A stretch of DNA of 64,000 nucleotides from Fibrobacterales bacterium (GTDB lineage: Bacteria; Fibrobacterota; Fibrobacteria; Fibrobacterales; JAOPTW01): positions 128,001 to 192,000 of the forward strand of contig JAOPTW010000015.1 in assembly GCA_051532035.1 (NCBI GenBank), given 5' to 3'. The notes under the pieces are model-generated. The model was not told the DNA's origin and made no database searches. It was given only the letters and a program-made list of their open reading frames with translations. This document shows positions 31,290-41,601 of this stretch, in pieces; position 1 is the first letter of the stretch; every line of letters starts with the position of its first letter. The position numbers were made by a program, and so were the translations under genes.

Positions 31290-33307
31290 CTTCTTTTCTT
31301 TCGTGTAAAACGTGAAGTGGTATCTCTGAGACGTTCAATAACCTCGAAGTCTACTTCGCCTTTCATTGGGTTTGCTTTAAGAACTTCAATACGAACCCGA
31401 TCTCCCATTTGATAGACTGCACCGTTTCGTTTACCCACTGCAATTTTCTTATCAGGATCGAAGATATAGAAGTCGCCCGGAACATTTTGATAGCGTACAA
31501 GCCCTTCTGCGCCAAGGTCATCGAGTTCGATAAACATTCCAAAGTCCGTGAGACCACTCACAGAACCCAAAAATTCATCACCCACTTTATCCATGAGAAT
31601 CCAAGCCATACAGCACTTCTTGGCTGCACGTTCATTTTTCATATTAAAAATTTCAGCAGCTGAGATTGATTCTGATATTTCTGTTGCTTTTGTCTCTAAT
31701 GCAGTGGTACCCGTTTTTTGATGACTTAGGAAGTCTGCTATTTGCCTATGTACCCACAGGTCGGCATAGCGCCTAATAGGAGAAGTAAAATGGAGATAAT
31801 CTTGCCAATTGAGGGCAAAGTGCCCATCAGGAGTTGAAGCATACCGCGCTTTTTTCATTGAACGAAGTACTTTATAAATAACGACCGTTTCACCATCAGC
31901 CTCTTTACTCATATGCTCATACAATGAGAATACTTCTGGCTGAACATTGCCGTCATCTTTCCACAGCTTTTTCAATTTACCGAGAGGCACCCCATAGTCT
32001 TTCACCAACTTTGGTTCCATCTTAAGGAGCTCTTCTACATCATCAAATGCCGGACTTTCATGTACCCGATAGATACCACTCAGGTTGTTTTCTTGTAAAA
32101 ATTTGGCACAACAACGGTTTGCCAAAAGCATACATTCTTCAATCCACGAGTGAGAATCGAGATGCTTTGAATCTTCTACTCCACAAGGGATACCCATATC
32201 ATCGAATTTAATGCGACGTTCAGTCAGATTCATCAAGAGGAAACCCTCTTTGATTCTGCGAACTTTCAGCGTTGATGTGAGTTTTGAGAGTGCTTTCATA
32301 TGAATATGAGTCTTTTGGCCCATGAGTTCAGCCTGCTCATAGGAGAGCGACTCATTAATATTCACTATGGTCTTAGCAAAGCGATATTTTTCTATCGCCC
32401 CACGAACAGAAACTTCAGCGATACAGCTAAAGGCAAGACGATCTACCCCTTCACGTAAACTACAGATATCAGAACTCAACTTTTCTGGTATCATTGGTAC
32501 TGAACACCAAGGAAGGTATTGTGTAAAAGCACGAGCCAGTGCTTCTTTATCCAGTGCTGACCCCTCAGTTACATAATGTGACACGTCTGCAATATGAACA
32601 CCCAATTCCCAGTTTCCGTTATCAAGCTTGCGAAGACTGATAGCATCATCGTGGTCACGCGCCCCTTCTGGGTCGATACATGCAGTATAGACTTCTCTAA
32701 AATCTTCACGACCCCGTACACTTTTTGCGTCAGGCTCAGCAATAACATCTGTTTCCGCAACAACATCTGCAGGAAAACTTTCAGGAAGGTCTTTTGTTTT
32801 GAGGAACTGCGTCGTTACCTCGCCCCATTGGCTGGTATTGCCCAATGTTTCAACGGGTTTAGCAAATTCACGCCCACGCTTGGCACGAAGGAGCTCAAAA
32901 CTGAGAATATCACCCACCTCTCCAGGTTTTTTATACTCTGGGTGTATTGGATGTGCTTCAAAGTCATCAACACGTACCCAAAACCGTGAACCTTTTTTAA
33001 ACAGTACGCCTTTGAGCATGGCATCAAATCGAGTAAAAGTCGCTTTTTCTCGCACTACCTTCTCTTCTTTAGCGCGACGCTGTGGCTGCGGCGCTTTCAC
33101 CCCATCACGATCTGCAAGGCGATACTCTTTTCGTTTATTTTTAACCAACAAGCCATCGCGAACCATCCCTTCGAGTACTTTCTTCAAACCATCTTTTTGA
33201 CGTTTGGTCACGCTAAATACAGCCCTCAATTTGGAGGCGCTTGCAAGTTTATAATCAGGACGGTTGATGTATGCTAAAATCTGTTCACGTGTTGGTATTT
33301 GGCTCAT
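31286..33307 (-). CDS. rnr: Ribonuclease R / RNB family exoribonuclease
   Basis: IDPEGARDHDDA, HIADVSHYV, IEECMLLAN, HFTSPIRRYADL, C-terminal S1 domain. Confidence 0.93.
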   Translation of the reverse strand: MSQIPTREQILAYINRPDYKLASASKLRAVFSVTKRQKDGLKKVLEGMVRDGLLVKNKRKEYRLADRDGVKAPQPQRRAKEEKVVREKATFTRFDAMLKGVLFKKGSRFWVRVDDFEAHPIHPEYKKPGEVGDILSFELLRAKRGREFAKPVETLGNTSQWGEVTTQFLKTKDLPESFPADVVAETDVIAEPDAKSVRGREDFREVYTACIDPEGARDHDDAISLRKLDNGNWELGVHIADVSHYVTEGSALDKEALARAFTQYLPWCSVPMIPEKLSSDICSLREGVDRLAFSCIAEVSVRGAIEKYRFAKTIVNINESLSYEQAELMGQKTHIHMKALSKLTSTLKVRRIKEGFLLMNLTERRIKFDDMGIPCGVEDSKHLDSHSWIEECMLLANRCCAKFLQENNLSGIYRVHESPAFDDVEELLKMEPKLVKDYGVPLGKLKKLWKDDGNVQPEVFSLYEHMSKEADGETVVIYKVLRSMKKARYASTPDGHFALNWQDYLHFTSPIRRYADLWVHRQIADFLSHQKTGTTALETKATEISESISAAEIFNMKNERAAKKCCMAWILMDKVGDEFLGSVSGLTDFGMFIELDDLGAEGLVRYQNVPGDFYIFDPDKKIAVGKRNGAVYQMGDRVRIEVLKANPMKGEVDFEVIERLRDTTSRFTRKKRS

Positions 33308-33410
33308 AAAAATCTCTATGTTTGAGGAACTCTCCTCAACTGTTGTATAACTCTATTGTATTAACAAAAGTAGCAAATATCTAACTATTTGATTGATTTC
33401 ATTGGGTTTG

Positions 33411-33983
33411 TCAGTAAATTGCGAGGGTGAATTGCACCTGTTTTGAAGGCTCTACCAAAAGATTTTGGATAAAAATATCACCCGTAGTCGCCTCATTTTC
33501 TTTGTGTATTGAACGCACATATTGAGTGACCACCTCAGTAAAAAGATCCGCAGGATTGGGGATAGCGTTAAGGCTGAAGGTTCGTATTGTGGTAAAACGG
33601 GGTTTCAGTGGATTATACTTCATTTGGTAGTATCTTTTAGGATCCAAAGTCGACTGTATTGCATGAGTACGCAGTAAAGTATTGGCATCAATGTCGTACT
33701 CTTTACCTGAATTATTCATAATGACCCCAGCCTTTTTTCTCATAGTAAAGGCAACATCACCCGCCTTCTTCCAAGAAAACCGAGTGATACGAGCATAGAC
33801 CTGTGCAATATGAAATGCTTTTTGTCGTGCAATAGCTATCGAGGTAGAATCCTCTACCACACCGTACCCATGGATAAAAAAGGCACCTTTAGGAGAGTGC
33901 GCCTCGGTATTTTTTGGCGACTCTTGTTTGCACGAACAGAGAAACACCACCATTATCAGTACATACCAACAATTAACTCCCAC
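33411..33983 (-). CDS. Hypothetical lipoprotein
   Basis: Signal peptide with lipobox LCSC. No recognisable family. Confidence 0.55.
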   Translation of the reverse strand: MGVNCWYVLIMVVFLCSCKQESPKNTEAHSPKGAFFIHGYGVVEDSTSIAIARQKAFHIAQVYARITRFSWKKAGDVAFTMRKKAGVIMNNSGKEYDIDANTLLRTHAIQSTLDPKRYYQMKYNPLKPRFTTIRTFSLNAIPNPADLFTEVVTQYVRSIHKENEATTGDIFIQNLLVEPSKQVQFTLAIY

Positions 33984-34060
33984 AACAAAATCTCCAAAAA
34001 GTGATCACACTCTAAAGTATAGCAATGGGCGGCACTAAGATTTATGTTATATTGCCTTAT

Positions 34061-34549
34061 ATGGACTTTTTACAATACACCTTCGCGGGCCATTTACGCA
34101 ATATTAGATTAAAACTTACCGGCAAAAAGCTCTTGGTTCAAGGGAGTTGCCACATGTGTGGTAAATGCTGCCAAAAAATCAATCTGCAAACAGGTTTTAG
34201 CTGGCTTAAGTCCGTTAAAAAATTCCGCAAACTCAGACTTAACGATTCACGCTATTACCGATTAAAAATCGTTGATCGCACCGAAGATGGGCTCCTTACT
34301 TTTTCTTGTAAAAGCATGGTTAACGGACTTTGCACCACCTACGACACCCGCTGGAATTTCTGTAAAACCTACCCAGAACCGGAAGTATTTATGATGGGCG
34401 GTATTTTACAGCAAGAGTGCGGATACTCTTTGGTAGAGGCAAAGCCATTTGAAAAAGAGTTTAAAAAGCACACTAACCGTGCCATTGACCCATCAAAAGT
34501 ATCACGTAATGCCTATGGAGATATTGTACTCCCTCAAAAGGATCAGTAA
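34061..34549 (+). CDS. YkgJ-type cysteine-cluster (Zn/Fe-chelating) protein
   Basis: CHMCGKCC..C..LCTTYDTR..CKTYP..CGY. Confidence 0.8.
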   Translation: MDFLQYTFAGHLRNIRLKLTGKKLLVQGSCHMCGKCCQKINLQTGFSWLKSVKKFRKLRLNDSRYYRLKIVDRTEDGLLTFSCKSMVNGLCTTYDTRWNFCKTYPEPEVFMMGGILQQECGYSLVEAKPFEKEFKKHTNRAIDPSKVSRNAYGDIVLPQKDQ

Positions 34550-35109
34550 TGTACGATATCATTTTACAAAAGGACATGAACCCGCAAGAGCTTCAAACCA
34601 TACAAGCAAGCATGAGTCCCAGATGTACTATCATCGCCTTTGACGATGGAACGGGACACTATCCCGGTTCTATAACCCCCTTTAAGAGCAACGATCAACT
34701 CATGGAGATACTTACCAAGAGCCAAAACCGGTATCTCTTGATATTTCAACGAGCCGCCACTCTCTGCCCCCCATGGGAATCGCCTCTATTTCAACAATTT
34801 GATTCAATCCACTCTCCTGATATTATAGGAGTATTGACTACTCATAATGGGGCAAAGCTCTCTGCACTGATCAACCACTTAAAAGCAGACACCCATCCAC
34901 CTCCACAAGAGATGACCCTTACAAACCTCACGACGTATATTCAACAGACCAACAGTGGTGAATCCGTAAGAGTTCCCGTTGTAGACTCCCCTATCTATGC
35001 AACAAAAAGAGAGACCTTTATGGCGAACCATGTGCTATGGGGAAACTACTCTCACTCAAATTTTCTCTGTAAAGTTATTGCGCAAGATGTGCTTGCTCAA
35101 GAGACATAG
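34549..35109 (+). CDS. Hypothetical protein
   Basis: 186 aa ORF coupled by TAATG to the upstream gene. Confidence 0.55.
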   Translation: MYDIILQKDMNPQELQTIQASMSPRCTIIAFDDGTGHYPGSITPFKSNDQLMEILTKSQNRYLLIFQRAATLCPPWESPLFQQFDSIHSPDIIGVLTTHNGAKLSALINHLKADTHPPPQEMTLTNLTTYIQQTNSGESVRVPVVDSPIYATKRETFMANHVLWGNYSHSNFLCKVIAQDVLAQET

Positions 35110-35114
35110 CGAGA

Positions 35115-36914
35115 TCAATAATCCTCGGGCCGCGCTCCGTAGAATCCACCCATAACTCGTACTGGTAAATTTAGACCTCGAACCACTGTAGCAAAAGCAT
35201 AGAGCTGATCTACATCAGTGAGCTTCGGTAACCACTCTGCAACCACGCTTTGTGGCACCTGATCGGTGATAACCATCCCATCAAGAAAGAGCATTTCGAC
35301 CGGAAAAGTGTAGTGAAAATAAAGGTGCTTAAAGTATATATGAAGCTCACTCGGTGATGCGTTTACTCGTTGCTTCGTTAATAACTGATGCTGCTGGTAC
35401 AGGTTTTGGGGGCGGGCATTTAATACAGGGCCTTCAATACCAGCGGGGGTATTCCACTGCTGTTGTAGTTGCCAAATTTTATCAACTTCTGTGGCAAATC
35501 GCATAGAGCCTGTCAGCGTCATAAATGGCTGAGGGGGCACTTGACCTGGGTTCAACTGCTGCACTACCCGACCATCAATTTCTGTAAGAGACGTATTGTG
35601 TGTCATAATCGCAATTGGTTTATGAAAATTACGTACCGTTTCAACAATCGACTCCATCGACTCGACTCCTTCAGGAATATACAGGGCAAGCTCACCCTTC
35701 TTTTCGAGTGAAAACTCATACTCCTTTCGCACCACTTTATCAATAATCTGAGCAACACGCCATGAGTTCTTTCCGTCAATATCCATAAAGAGTTGGTTAC
35801 AAAATTCACGACGCTTTTGAGCCATGGGATCACCCTGCTCAAGTGAAGTAATAAGGGCAAGGAATTCATCGCCTGTATTAAACTGGTAGGCGGCTTCGCG
35901 CGCTAAAAACTCTACCGCTTTTGGATTATAAAATGCACAGGTTTTCAGCCGCGGATTATTACCAACAACCACCGGTATATCGAGCACATAACTCTCTAAA
36001 TAGGCAGATGAGAGATCAGATACAACAATATCTGCGATCTTCATATAGGGCACAATTGAAGCATCTTCTACATAGTGTACATGTGATTGGGTCTGAGCCA
36101 AATCTCGATATTTATTGCGCCACTCTTCGGAGGTGGCTCCATGGAGCTTAATAAGAATTTGGTATTTGTTGGGGTCGAATTTTTGCCAATAGTCCAGCAA
36201 CATATCCATAACCGTCAACTCATCATTAAAAGTCGGAACAAACAGAATGGTTTTTCGCGTATTCACGAACCCAATCTCTTTAAAATAGGTGAATTTAAAT
36301 GCGGTATAGTCTTTTGCGAGTTCATCCATCTTGGTAAAGCCTGTGGGCTCTATACGACACTTTACCTGACCAGCAAAAGCATTGACATACCACGGACCTG
36401 GCACACAAAGTACTGTGGCAAAACTTTCACGGCGCACAAAAGGATTGTCGATGAAATAAATGTTTTTACTAATAGTACCATGTCCAACACAGACTACGGG
36501 CCCCCATGCATCCACACGATCATGACATACATCTGCCGTTACTACACAATCATATATTTGAGTTTTTTCGTGACCCCAAAAGGGAATGCCTTGTTTCAAA
36601 AAATCAGCAATTGTTCCTTCACGAAGTCCTTCTTCTGCAACTTCACCATTTTTATCTTTAAAAGCGGGCGCCATAAAACCGACATCAATATCTGGGTGCT
36701 GGAGTAGCTCTCGATAAACAGGCATTAAGACAGGAACATGGAGTTCTCTCAGTGCAAAAAGCACTACTTTAAACTTTGATGGGCGCGTACCATTTGTGAC
36801 TGGCCGGTCAATTGCATGCAATACTAACGCTTCAAGTACCGTATCACAATAATGAAACGACTGTGCAGCTAAGGAATTTTGCTGAGCTATTTGATCGAAG
36901 GGTGTATAAGCCAT
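35115..36914 (-). CDS. CDP-glycerol glycerophosphotransferase (TagF/TagB-like) family protein with C-terminal extension
   Basis: VGHG, TGFTKMDEL, ILFVPTF, LIKLH, ADIVVSDLSS..DIPVV, DGKNSWRV. Confidence 0.78.
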   Translation of the reverse strand: MAYTPFDQIAQQNSLAAQSFHYCDTVLEALVLHAIDRPVTNGTRPSKFKVVLFALRELHVPVLMPVYRELLQHPDIDVGFMAPAFKDKNGEVAEEGLREGTIADFLKQGIPFWGHEKTQIYDCVVTADVCHDRVDAWGPVVCVGHGTISKNIYFIDNPFVRRESFATVLCVPGPWYVNAFAGQVKCRIEPTGFTKMDELAKDYTAFKFTYFKEIGFVNTRKTILFVPTFNDELTVMDMLLDYWQKFDPNKYQILIKLHGATSEEWRNKYRDLAQTQSHVHYVEDASIVPYMKIADIVVSDLSSAYLESYVLDIPVVVGNNPRLKTCAFYNPKAVEFLAREAAYQFNTGDEFLALITSLEQGDPMAQKRREFCNQLFMDIDGKNSWRVAQIIDKVVRKEYEFSLEKKGELALYIPEGVESMESIVETVRNFHKPIAIMTHNTSLTEIDGRVVQQLNPGQVPPQPFMTLTGSMRFATEVDKIWQLQQQWNTPAGIEGPVLNARPQNLYQQHQLLTKQRVNASPSELHIYFKHLYFHYTFPVEMLFLDGMVITDQVPQSVVAEWLPKLTDVDQLYAFATVVRGLNLPVRVMGGFYGARPEDY

Positions 36915-37169
36915 AGCAAGAAGAATAAAAAAACTCACACTCTTTGTGGTAATTAACTGTTTTTGACTTAAATGAAGGACTCACCTATTACTTATCGATA
37001 ATTTATTGAGACAACACCATTAATGACAACCTTGATAGAGCGCCCAATTGTAACCTTTTTTTTGCACAAAATAAAATTGATCTCGCTTCTTTATTTTTAT
37101 ATTTATCGGCTTAACAGTGGAAGACAATTAATTAACCGTTTTTCCCACAACAAAAGTGACTGAAGGACT

Positions 37170-38927
37170 ATGCTCAGAAATAACCAATTTGCAAATTCAT
37201 TATTCAAATTAATTCTTTCGACGCTCGTGCTTTTATACGTTACGTGGCTTCTCAGACTGCCTGCCAATTACCTCGCTTTTCTTATCATCCCTGCAACACG
37301 GATAATTGTATCTTTTTTCTGGTACAACGACTCACTCCTCTCATGGACTAAAGCATCATCAGTAGCAGCATTTATTAAAGTGCTCATGAACTCATTTGCT
37401 TTTTGTATCTACTCCATTATTTTACTAAACCTTGAATCAACGGGATTCCGTGTTCTGTTTACCGACCTTGTCTTCTACACCTTCCTCGAACTCACTGTTA
37501 TATATACCTACCGTTACTGGAGATATATTAAAAGCCGCGATAAGAAGACTGCGGTTATCTACGGTGCTGGTGAGAGTGGTATACTCCTTAGAAACAAACT
37601 CCGCAGTAGAGGTTACCGAGTATCTTGGTTTGTTGATGATTCTAAACGTGCACAGCGCACCTCTATTGATGGTACTCGCGTACTCTCCCTAAAACAGTCA
37701 CAAGAGAGACTCAAGGGAATGCCTAAAAAAGATATGCTTGTCATCGCAATCCCCCGCCTTTCTCGCTCGCGGGTTAAAAACAGAATGGTCCGCCTCAAGC
37801 CCTATTTTAAACAGATAAAAATCCTCCCGAGCAAAAGCATTCTTGTTGAAAATGAATCGTGGGCTAAAGGCCTTAAAGAGGTTTCTGTAGAAGAACTTCT
37901 CACACGACGCCCTAAAGACCTCGACATGGATCAAATTAAAAACTTCATTAGTGGCAAAACTATTTTAATTACTGGTGCCTGTGGCTCTATCGGTAGTGAA
38001 CTGGTTCGTCAGTGTGCTCAGTTTGATGCAAAGAAACTCATTTTACTCGATCACTCAGAATTTAACATTTACACGCTCCACGAAGAGATCGGTGCAAATG
38101 TCGCTTGTTATCCTGTAATGCAGTCTGTGGTTAACAAAAAGAGTCTTGAGAATATTTTTAAAACATTTAAACCAGAGATTGTACTCCACGCAGCTGCCTA
38201 TAAGCATGTACCGCTTGTTGAGTTTAATCAAGAAGCAGCAATTTTTAATAACGTGATCGGTACTCAGAACTGTATTGACCTCTCTATAAAACATGGTGTT
38301 GAAAAATTCGTACTCATCTCTACAGACAAAGCAGTAAACCCAACCAATGTAATGGGCGCAACCAAACGAATATGTGAGCTCTATGCTCAGAACTCAAATG
38401 GTCGTGGTAAAACAGATATTGTTGCCGTACGCTTTGGTAATGTTCTTGGGTCATCTGGATCAGTCATCCCCAAATTTAAACAACAGATCTCTTCTGGCCA
38501 AAACCTAACAGTGACTCACCCAGACATCACTCGCTACTTTATGTTAATCTCAGAAGCGTGTGAGCTTGTGCTTCAAGCGGCATCAATTGCTTCTGGTGGC
38601 GAGGTATTTATCCTCGACATGGGTAAACCGGTTAAAATTGTAGATCTTGCCAATAAAATGCTTGAGCTTACGGGTCGTGATGACCTTGAAGTTGAATTTG
38701 TGGGTCTTCGCCCGGGTGAAAAACTTTATGAAGAGCTCATCACCAGTGATGCTGATAAGAAAACCCAGTATGAGTCAATCATGGTTGGCCACTCTACAGA
38801 GTATGATCTTGAGAAACTTACTCATGACATTGAGCAGCTTCTCACCGTTGAAGATAAGATTGCTCAGCTGAAGTACATCATTCCTGAGTTTAATCACCTG
38901 CCTCATGACTTTAAGATAAAGCTGTAG
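37170..38927 (+). CDS. pglF: UDP-GlcNAc 4,6-dehydratase (PglF/CapD family)
   Basis: N-terminal TM segments, IYGAG, TGACGSIGSE, HAAAYKHVP, STDKAVNPTNVMGATK, RFGNVLGSSGSV, LRPGEKLYEEL. Confidence 0.93.
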   Translation: MLRNNQFANSLFKLILSTLVLLYVTWLLRLPANYLAFLIIPATRIIVSFFWYNDSLLSWTKASSVAAFIKVLMNSFAFCIYSIILLNLESTGFRVLFTDLVFYTFLELTVIYTYRYWRYIKSRDKKTAVIYGAGESGILLRNKLRSRGYRVSWFVDDSKRAQRTSIDGTRVLSLKQSQERLKGMPKKDMLVIAIPRLSRSRVKNRMVRLKPYFKQIKILPSKSILVENESWAKGLKEVSVEELLTRRPKDLDMDQIKNFISGKTILITGACGSIGSELVRQCAQFDAKKLILLDHSEFNIYTLHEEIGANVACYPVMQSVVNKKSLENIFKTFKPEIVLHAAAYKHVPLVEFNQEAAIFNNVIGTQNCIDLSIKHGVEKFVLISTDKAVNPTNVMGATKRICELYAQNSNGRGKTDIVAVRFGNVLGSSGSVIPKFKQQISSGQNLTVTHPDITRYFMLISEACELVLQAASIASGGEVFILDMGKPVKIVDLANKMLELTGRDDLEVEFVGLRPGEKLYEELITSDADKKTQYESIMVGHSTEYDLEKLTHDIEQLLTVEDKIAQLKYIIPEFNHLPHDFKIKL

Positions 38928-39000
38928 GCTCATTTCTTCTTTCTTATTTGGTTATTCCAACTCACATACGTAGAGTAACCATAAACTCATTTATTGTCCT

Positions 39001-39038
39001 AGATAACCTTTTCCTATAGTTTAAGGTTATCTTTTTTT
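39001..39038 (+). terminator. Intrinsic terminator after pglF
   Basis: AGATAACCTT...AAGGTTATCT followed by a T-run. Confidence 0.75.
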
Positions 39039-39044
39039 AACATC

Positions 39045-39185
39045 CTGGGGGCTACGCACCCCCAGACCCGCGCCAGCTTTTTTCAACAGCAAAAAAAGCT
39101 GGACAAAATGCCGTCGCTGACCCGCAGCGAGCCCGAAGGCCAGTCAGGTATCCCACTAAACCGTTCAGGATCAAACCTTCACTCA
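39045..39185. repeat. Structured intergenic repeat, copy 1
   Basis: CTGGGGGCTACGCACCCCCAGACCCGCGCCAGC is identical to 52125 onward. The 3' part ACCGTTCAGGATCAAACC resembles copies 2 and 3. Confidence 0.85.
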
Positions 39186-39301
39186 ACTGAGAATGTTATT
39201 AAATTTCTACATAAAACACCTAATCACACCCTTTTGTGGCTAATATGCTTCTATAAGAAACTAAAATCGATGTTAAACTATAGCATTATGCCAACGAATA
39301 C

Positions 39302-39339
39302 AAAAAAGGCCTATTTCATTACTGAAATAGGCCTTTTTT
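39302..39339. terminator. Bidirectional terminator after the GT2 gene
   Basis: AAAAAAGGCCTATTTCA-ttac-TGAAATAGGCCTTTTTT. Confidence 0.85.
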
Positions 39340-39360
39340 AATACTTATTTTTTTTGATTC

Positions 39361-40314
39361 TTATTCTCTACCAGAAAGCTTTTCTACGAAGTAACGTGGG
39401 CGGGCTTTTATCTCTGAGTAGATCTTTCCGATATACTCTCCAATGATTCCAATTCCAAGAAGCTGTACACCGCCAATAAAGAACAGAGGAACGAGGGTCG
39501 ATGCCCAACCTGGTGCAGAATTCTGTGTAAAAAACCTGATATAGAGTACCCAGAGTATGAGAAGTACTGATACGATACAGACAAATACTCCCATGGAGGT
39601 TACAAACCTCAGTGGCATGTTTGAAAATGATGTTACACCCTGCCATGCAAGGCGAAGCATTTTTGATAATGGGTATTTAGACTCACCCGCAACACGCTCT
39701 GCACGACTATAACTTACTTCAGCAGTTTTATATCCAAGTTGCGGGATAATTCCACGAAGAAACAAGTTGGTCTCTTTGTAACCGCTCAGCGCCCGGATTG
39801 CCACCCGAGACATGAAGCGATAGTCAGCATGATTAAAGACTACTTCTACACCTAATTTATTGAGGAGCTTATAGTAACCTTCGGCAGTAAAGCGTTTGAA
39901 AAAGGTATCGCTCTTTCTACTTGAACGCGTACCATAGACAATTTCACAGCCATCGTAATGGTGCTGAATCATCTTATCCATAACATCGACATCATCTTGA
40001 AGGTCTGCATCAATTGATATTGTCATATCTTCAATAGTACTGAAGAGACCAGCCATTAATGCATTTTGGTGCCCTTGATTTCGGGAGAGCTTTACTCCCA
40101 CAACGTATTTGTTGGACTGAGAAAATTGATTAATCATTTCCCATGTCTTATCTTTAGAACCATCATCAACCAAGTACATTTTAGAATCATCATTTATGAG
40201 ATTCTGAGCCTTTAAACTCTCAATTTTTTCTGTCATTTTCTCGACAGTAATAGGGAGCATACTCTCTTCGTTGTAACAGGGAATAACAATAGCTAGACTT
40301 TCTGGTTGCGTCAT
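39361..40314 (-). CDS. GT2 polyprenol-phosphate glycosyltransferase (GtrB/YkoT/CsbB-like)
   Basis: VIPCYNEE, VDDGSKD, RNQGHQNAL, IDADLQD, RVAGESKY, two C-terminal TM segments, GEYIGKIYSEIKARPRY. Confidence 0.92.
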   Translation of the reverse strand: MTQPESLAIVIPCYNEESMLPITVEKMTEKIESLKAQNLINDDSKMYLVDDGSKDKTWEMINQFSQSNKYVVGVKLSRNQGHQNALMAGLFSTIEDMTISIDADLQDDVDVMDKMIQHHYDGCEIVYGTRSSRKSDTFFKRFTAEGYYKLLNKLGVEVVFNHADYRFMSRVAIRALSGYKETNLFLRGIIPQLGYKTAEVSYSRAERVAGESKYPLSKMLRLAWQGVTSFSNMPLRFVTSMGVFVCIVSVLLILWVLYIRFFTQNSAPGWASTLVPLFFIGGVQLLGIGIIGEYIGKIYSEIKARPRYFVEKLSGRE

Positions 40315-40424
40315 GGAGTCCTCAAAATAAAACGGGTAATTATGGGGCTAAAATAGAAATTATGTTCTTTAAATTGAGACTCTTTAACGGGTATTTTACA
40401 GAGTTTTTGAATTTAACTCTTCAT

Positions 40425-41495
40425 CTAAAAAGAAAGAATTATTGAAGCTCTTACTGGCTTATTAAAATAGACGACACTATTTTCAAAGCCACTTAACGAT
40501 TCTTCGAGTACATGGTACTCAGTACCATCTTTTGTAACCTTCCCGCGATACTTATATCCTGTTAGGTCCATTGTTTGATACGATCCATCTGTCACTTCAT
40601 GATATCTTTTTTGATAGAGCGTATTTTTAATGACACTCCACTCTGGATACCACCCCAATTCAAATGCAAAATGGGCATTAGGCTTTATTCTTATAGCAAA
40701 AGCTGACCCTATTACGTAGCCTAAGCCTTCTGATGTTGACATTGCTGTCTCATGAGCCCCCTTAACAGGGTGCGTATCTTTGTCTGATACAAACACAACA
40801 CCAGCTGTTATTCCCGTACGTAACAGCTCAACGTACTCAAAATTGATCAATGGGAAATAGAGGTTAAAGAGGATCCTATGATGATTTGATGTATACGTCA
40901 ACACTTTAGTGCTCTCATTTATACCAATATTTTCAGGAACCATTCTAATAGTATCGGGGTTCATTTGCGTATAGTCTGCTAACAACCAACCTGAAAGGCC
41001 ATAGGCGTCATATTCAAAAAAGGCCCCATCATACGTTAATGAGAGATCAAACTCTCTTTTGAGTTTTTTTAATTGCCACCCAAAGCCCAATGTCACACCA
41101 AAATTACTTGTTTCAATTCGGGAATTTGAGTGAATGTTTTTACGTTCGAGAAACTGACCACCGGTGTTTTCAACACCTACCCAGTCATCATCCGACATCT
41201 CTGAATCTGATTCTGAAATATTGGCCCATCCTCCAAAGACGACATAGCCTCTATCGGTCAAAAACAGCTTTAAAGATGCTCCGACTCTATAATAATCAGT
41301 AGGGTACTGCAGTTTACTTTTGATATAGTGCTGGTAAAACCCACCATCAGTACTTTCCTCAAAACCTTCAGTCGCTTTAAACTTGAAATAGGTATAACTA
41401 TTGAAAAGCCCTTTATCAACAAAAGGACTAAACTCAACCACCTTTGCTGAAAGTATCGCACTTACTACCAAAATGAGAATACAACTTTTAATCAT
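40425..41495 (-). CDS. Omptin family outer-membrane protease
   Basis: Signal peptide, SKLQY, MSDDDW (OmpT D83/D85-like), SDKDTH (D210/H212-like), C-terminal Phe. Confidence 0.7.
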   Translation of the reverse strand: MIKSCILILVVSAILSAKVVEFSPFVDKGLFNSYTYFKFKATEGFEESTDGGFYQHYIKSKLQYPTDYYRVGASLKLFLTDRGYVVFGGWANISESDSEMSDDDWVGVENTGGQFLERKNIHSNSRIETSNFGVTLGFGWQLKKLKREFDLSLTYDGAFFEYDAYGLSGWLLADYTQMNPDTIRMVPENIGINESTKVLTYTSNHHRILFNLYFPLINFEYVELLRTGITAGVVFVSDKDTHPVKGAHETAMSTSEGLGYVIGSAFAIRIKPNAHFAFELGWYPEWSVIKNTLYQKRYHEVTDGSYQTMDLTGYKYRGKVTKDGTEYHVLEESLSGFENSVVYFNKPVRASIILSF

Positions 41496-41601
41496 GGACC
41501 CTGCTCACTATTTCGTTTCACAAATGTATAAAAATTGAACTTCACTCCATTAGGCACACCGATTTATTACAATGCAATTTTATTTTTTTACTTTTGGTTA
41601 C

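Noticed and set aside
36087..36707. Long antisense ORFs (206 aa here, also 7413-7958 and 18127-18585)
   Set aside because: They lie opposite well-supported genes and have no motifs of their own.
39108..39341. Short ORFs over the intergenic repeats (also 52073-52405)
   Set aside because: They run through palindromic repeat DNA and terminators and show no protein motifs.
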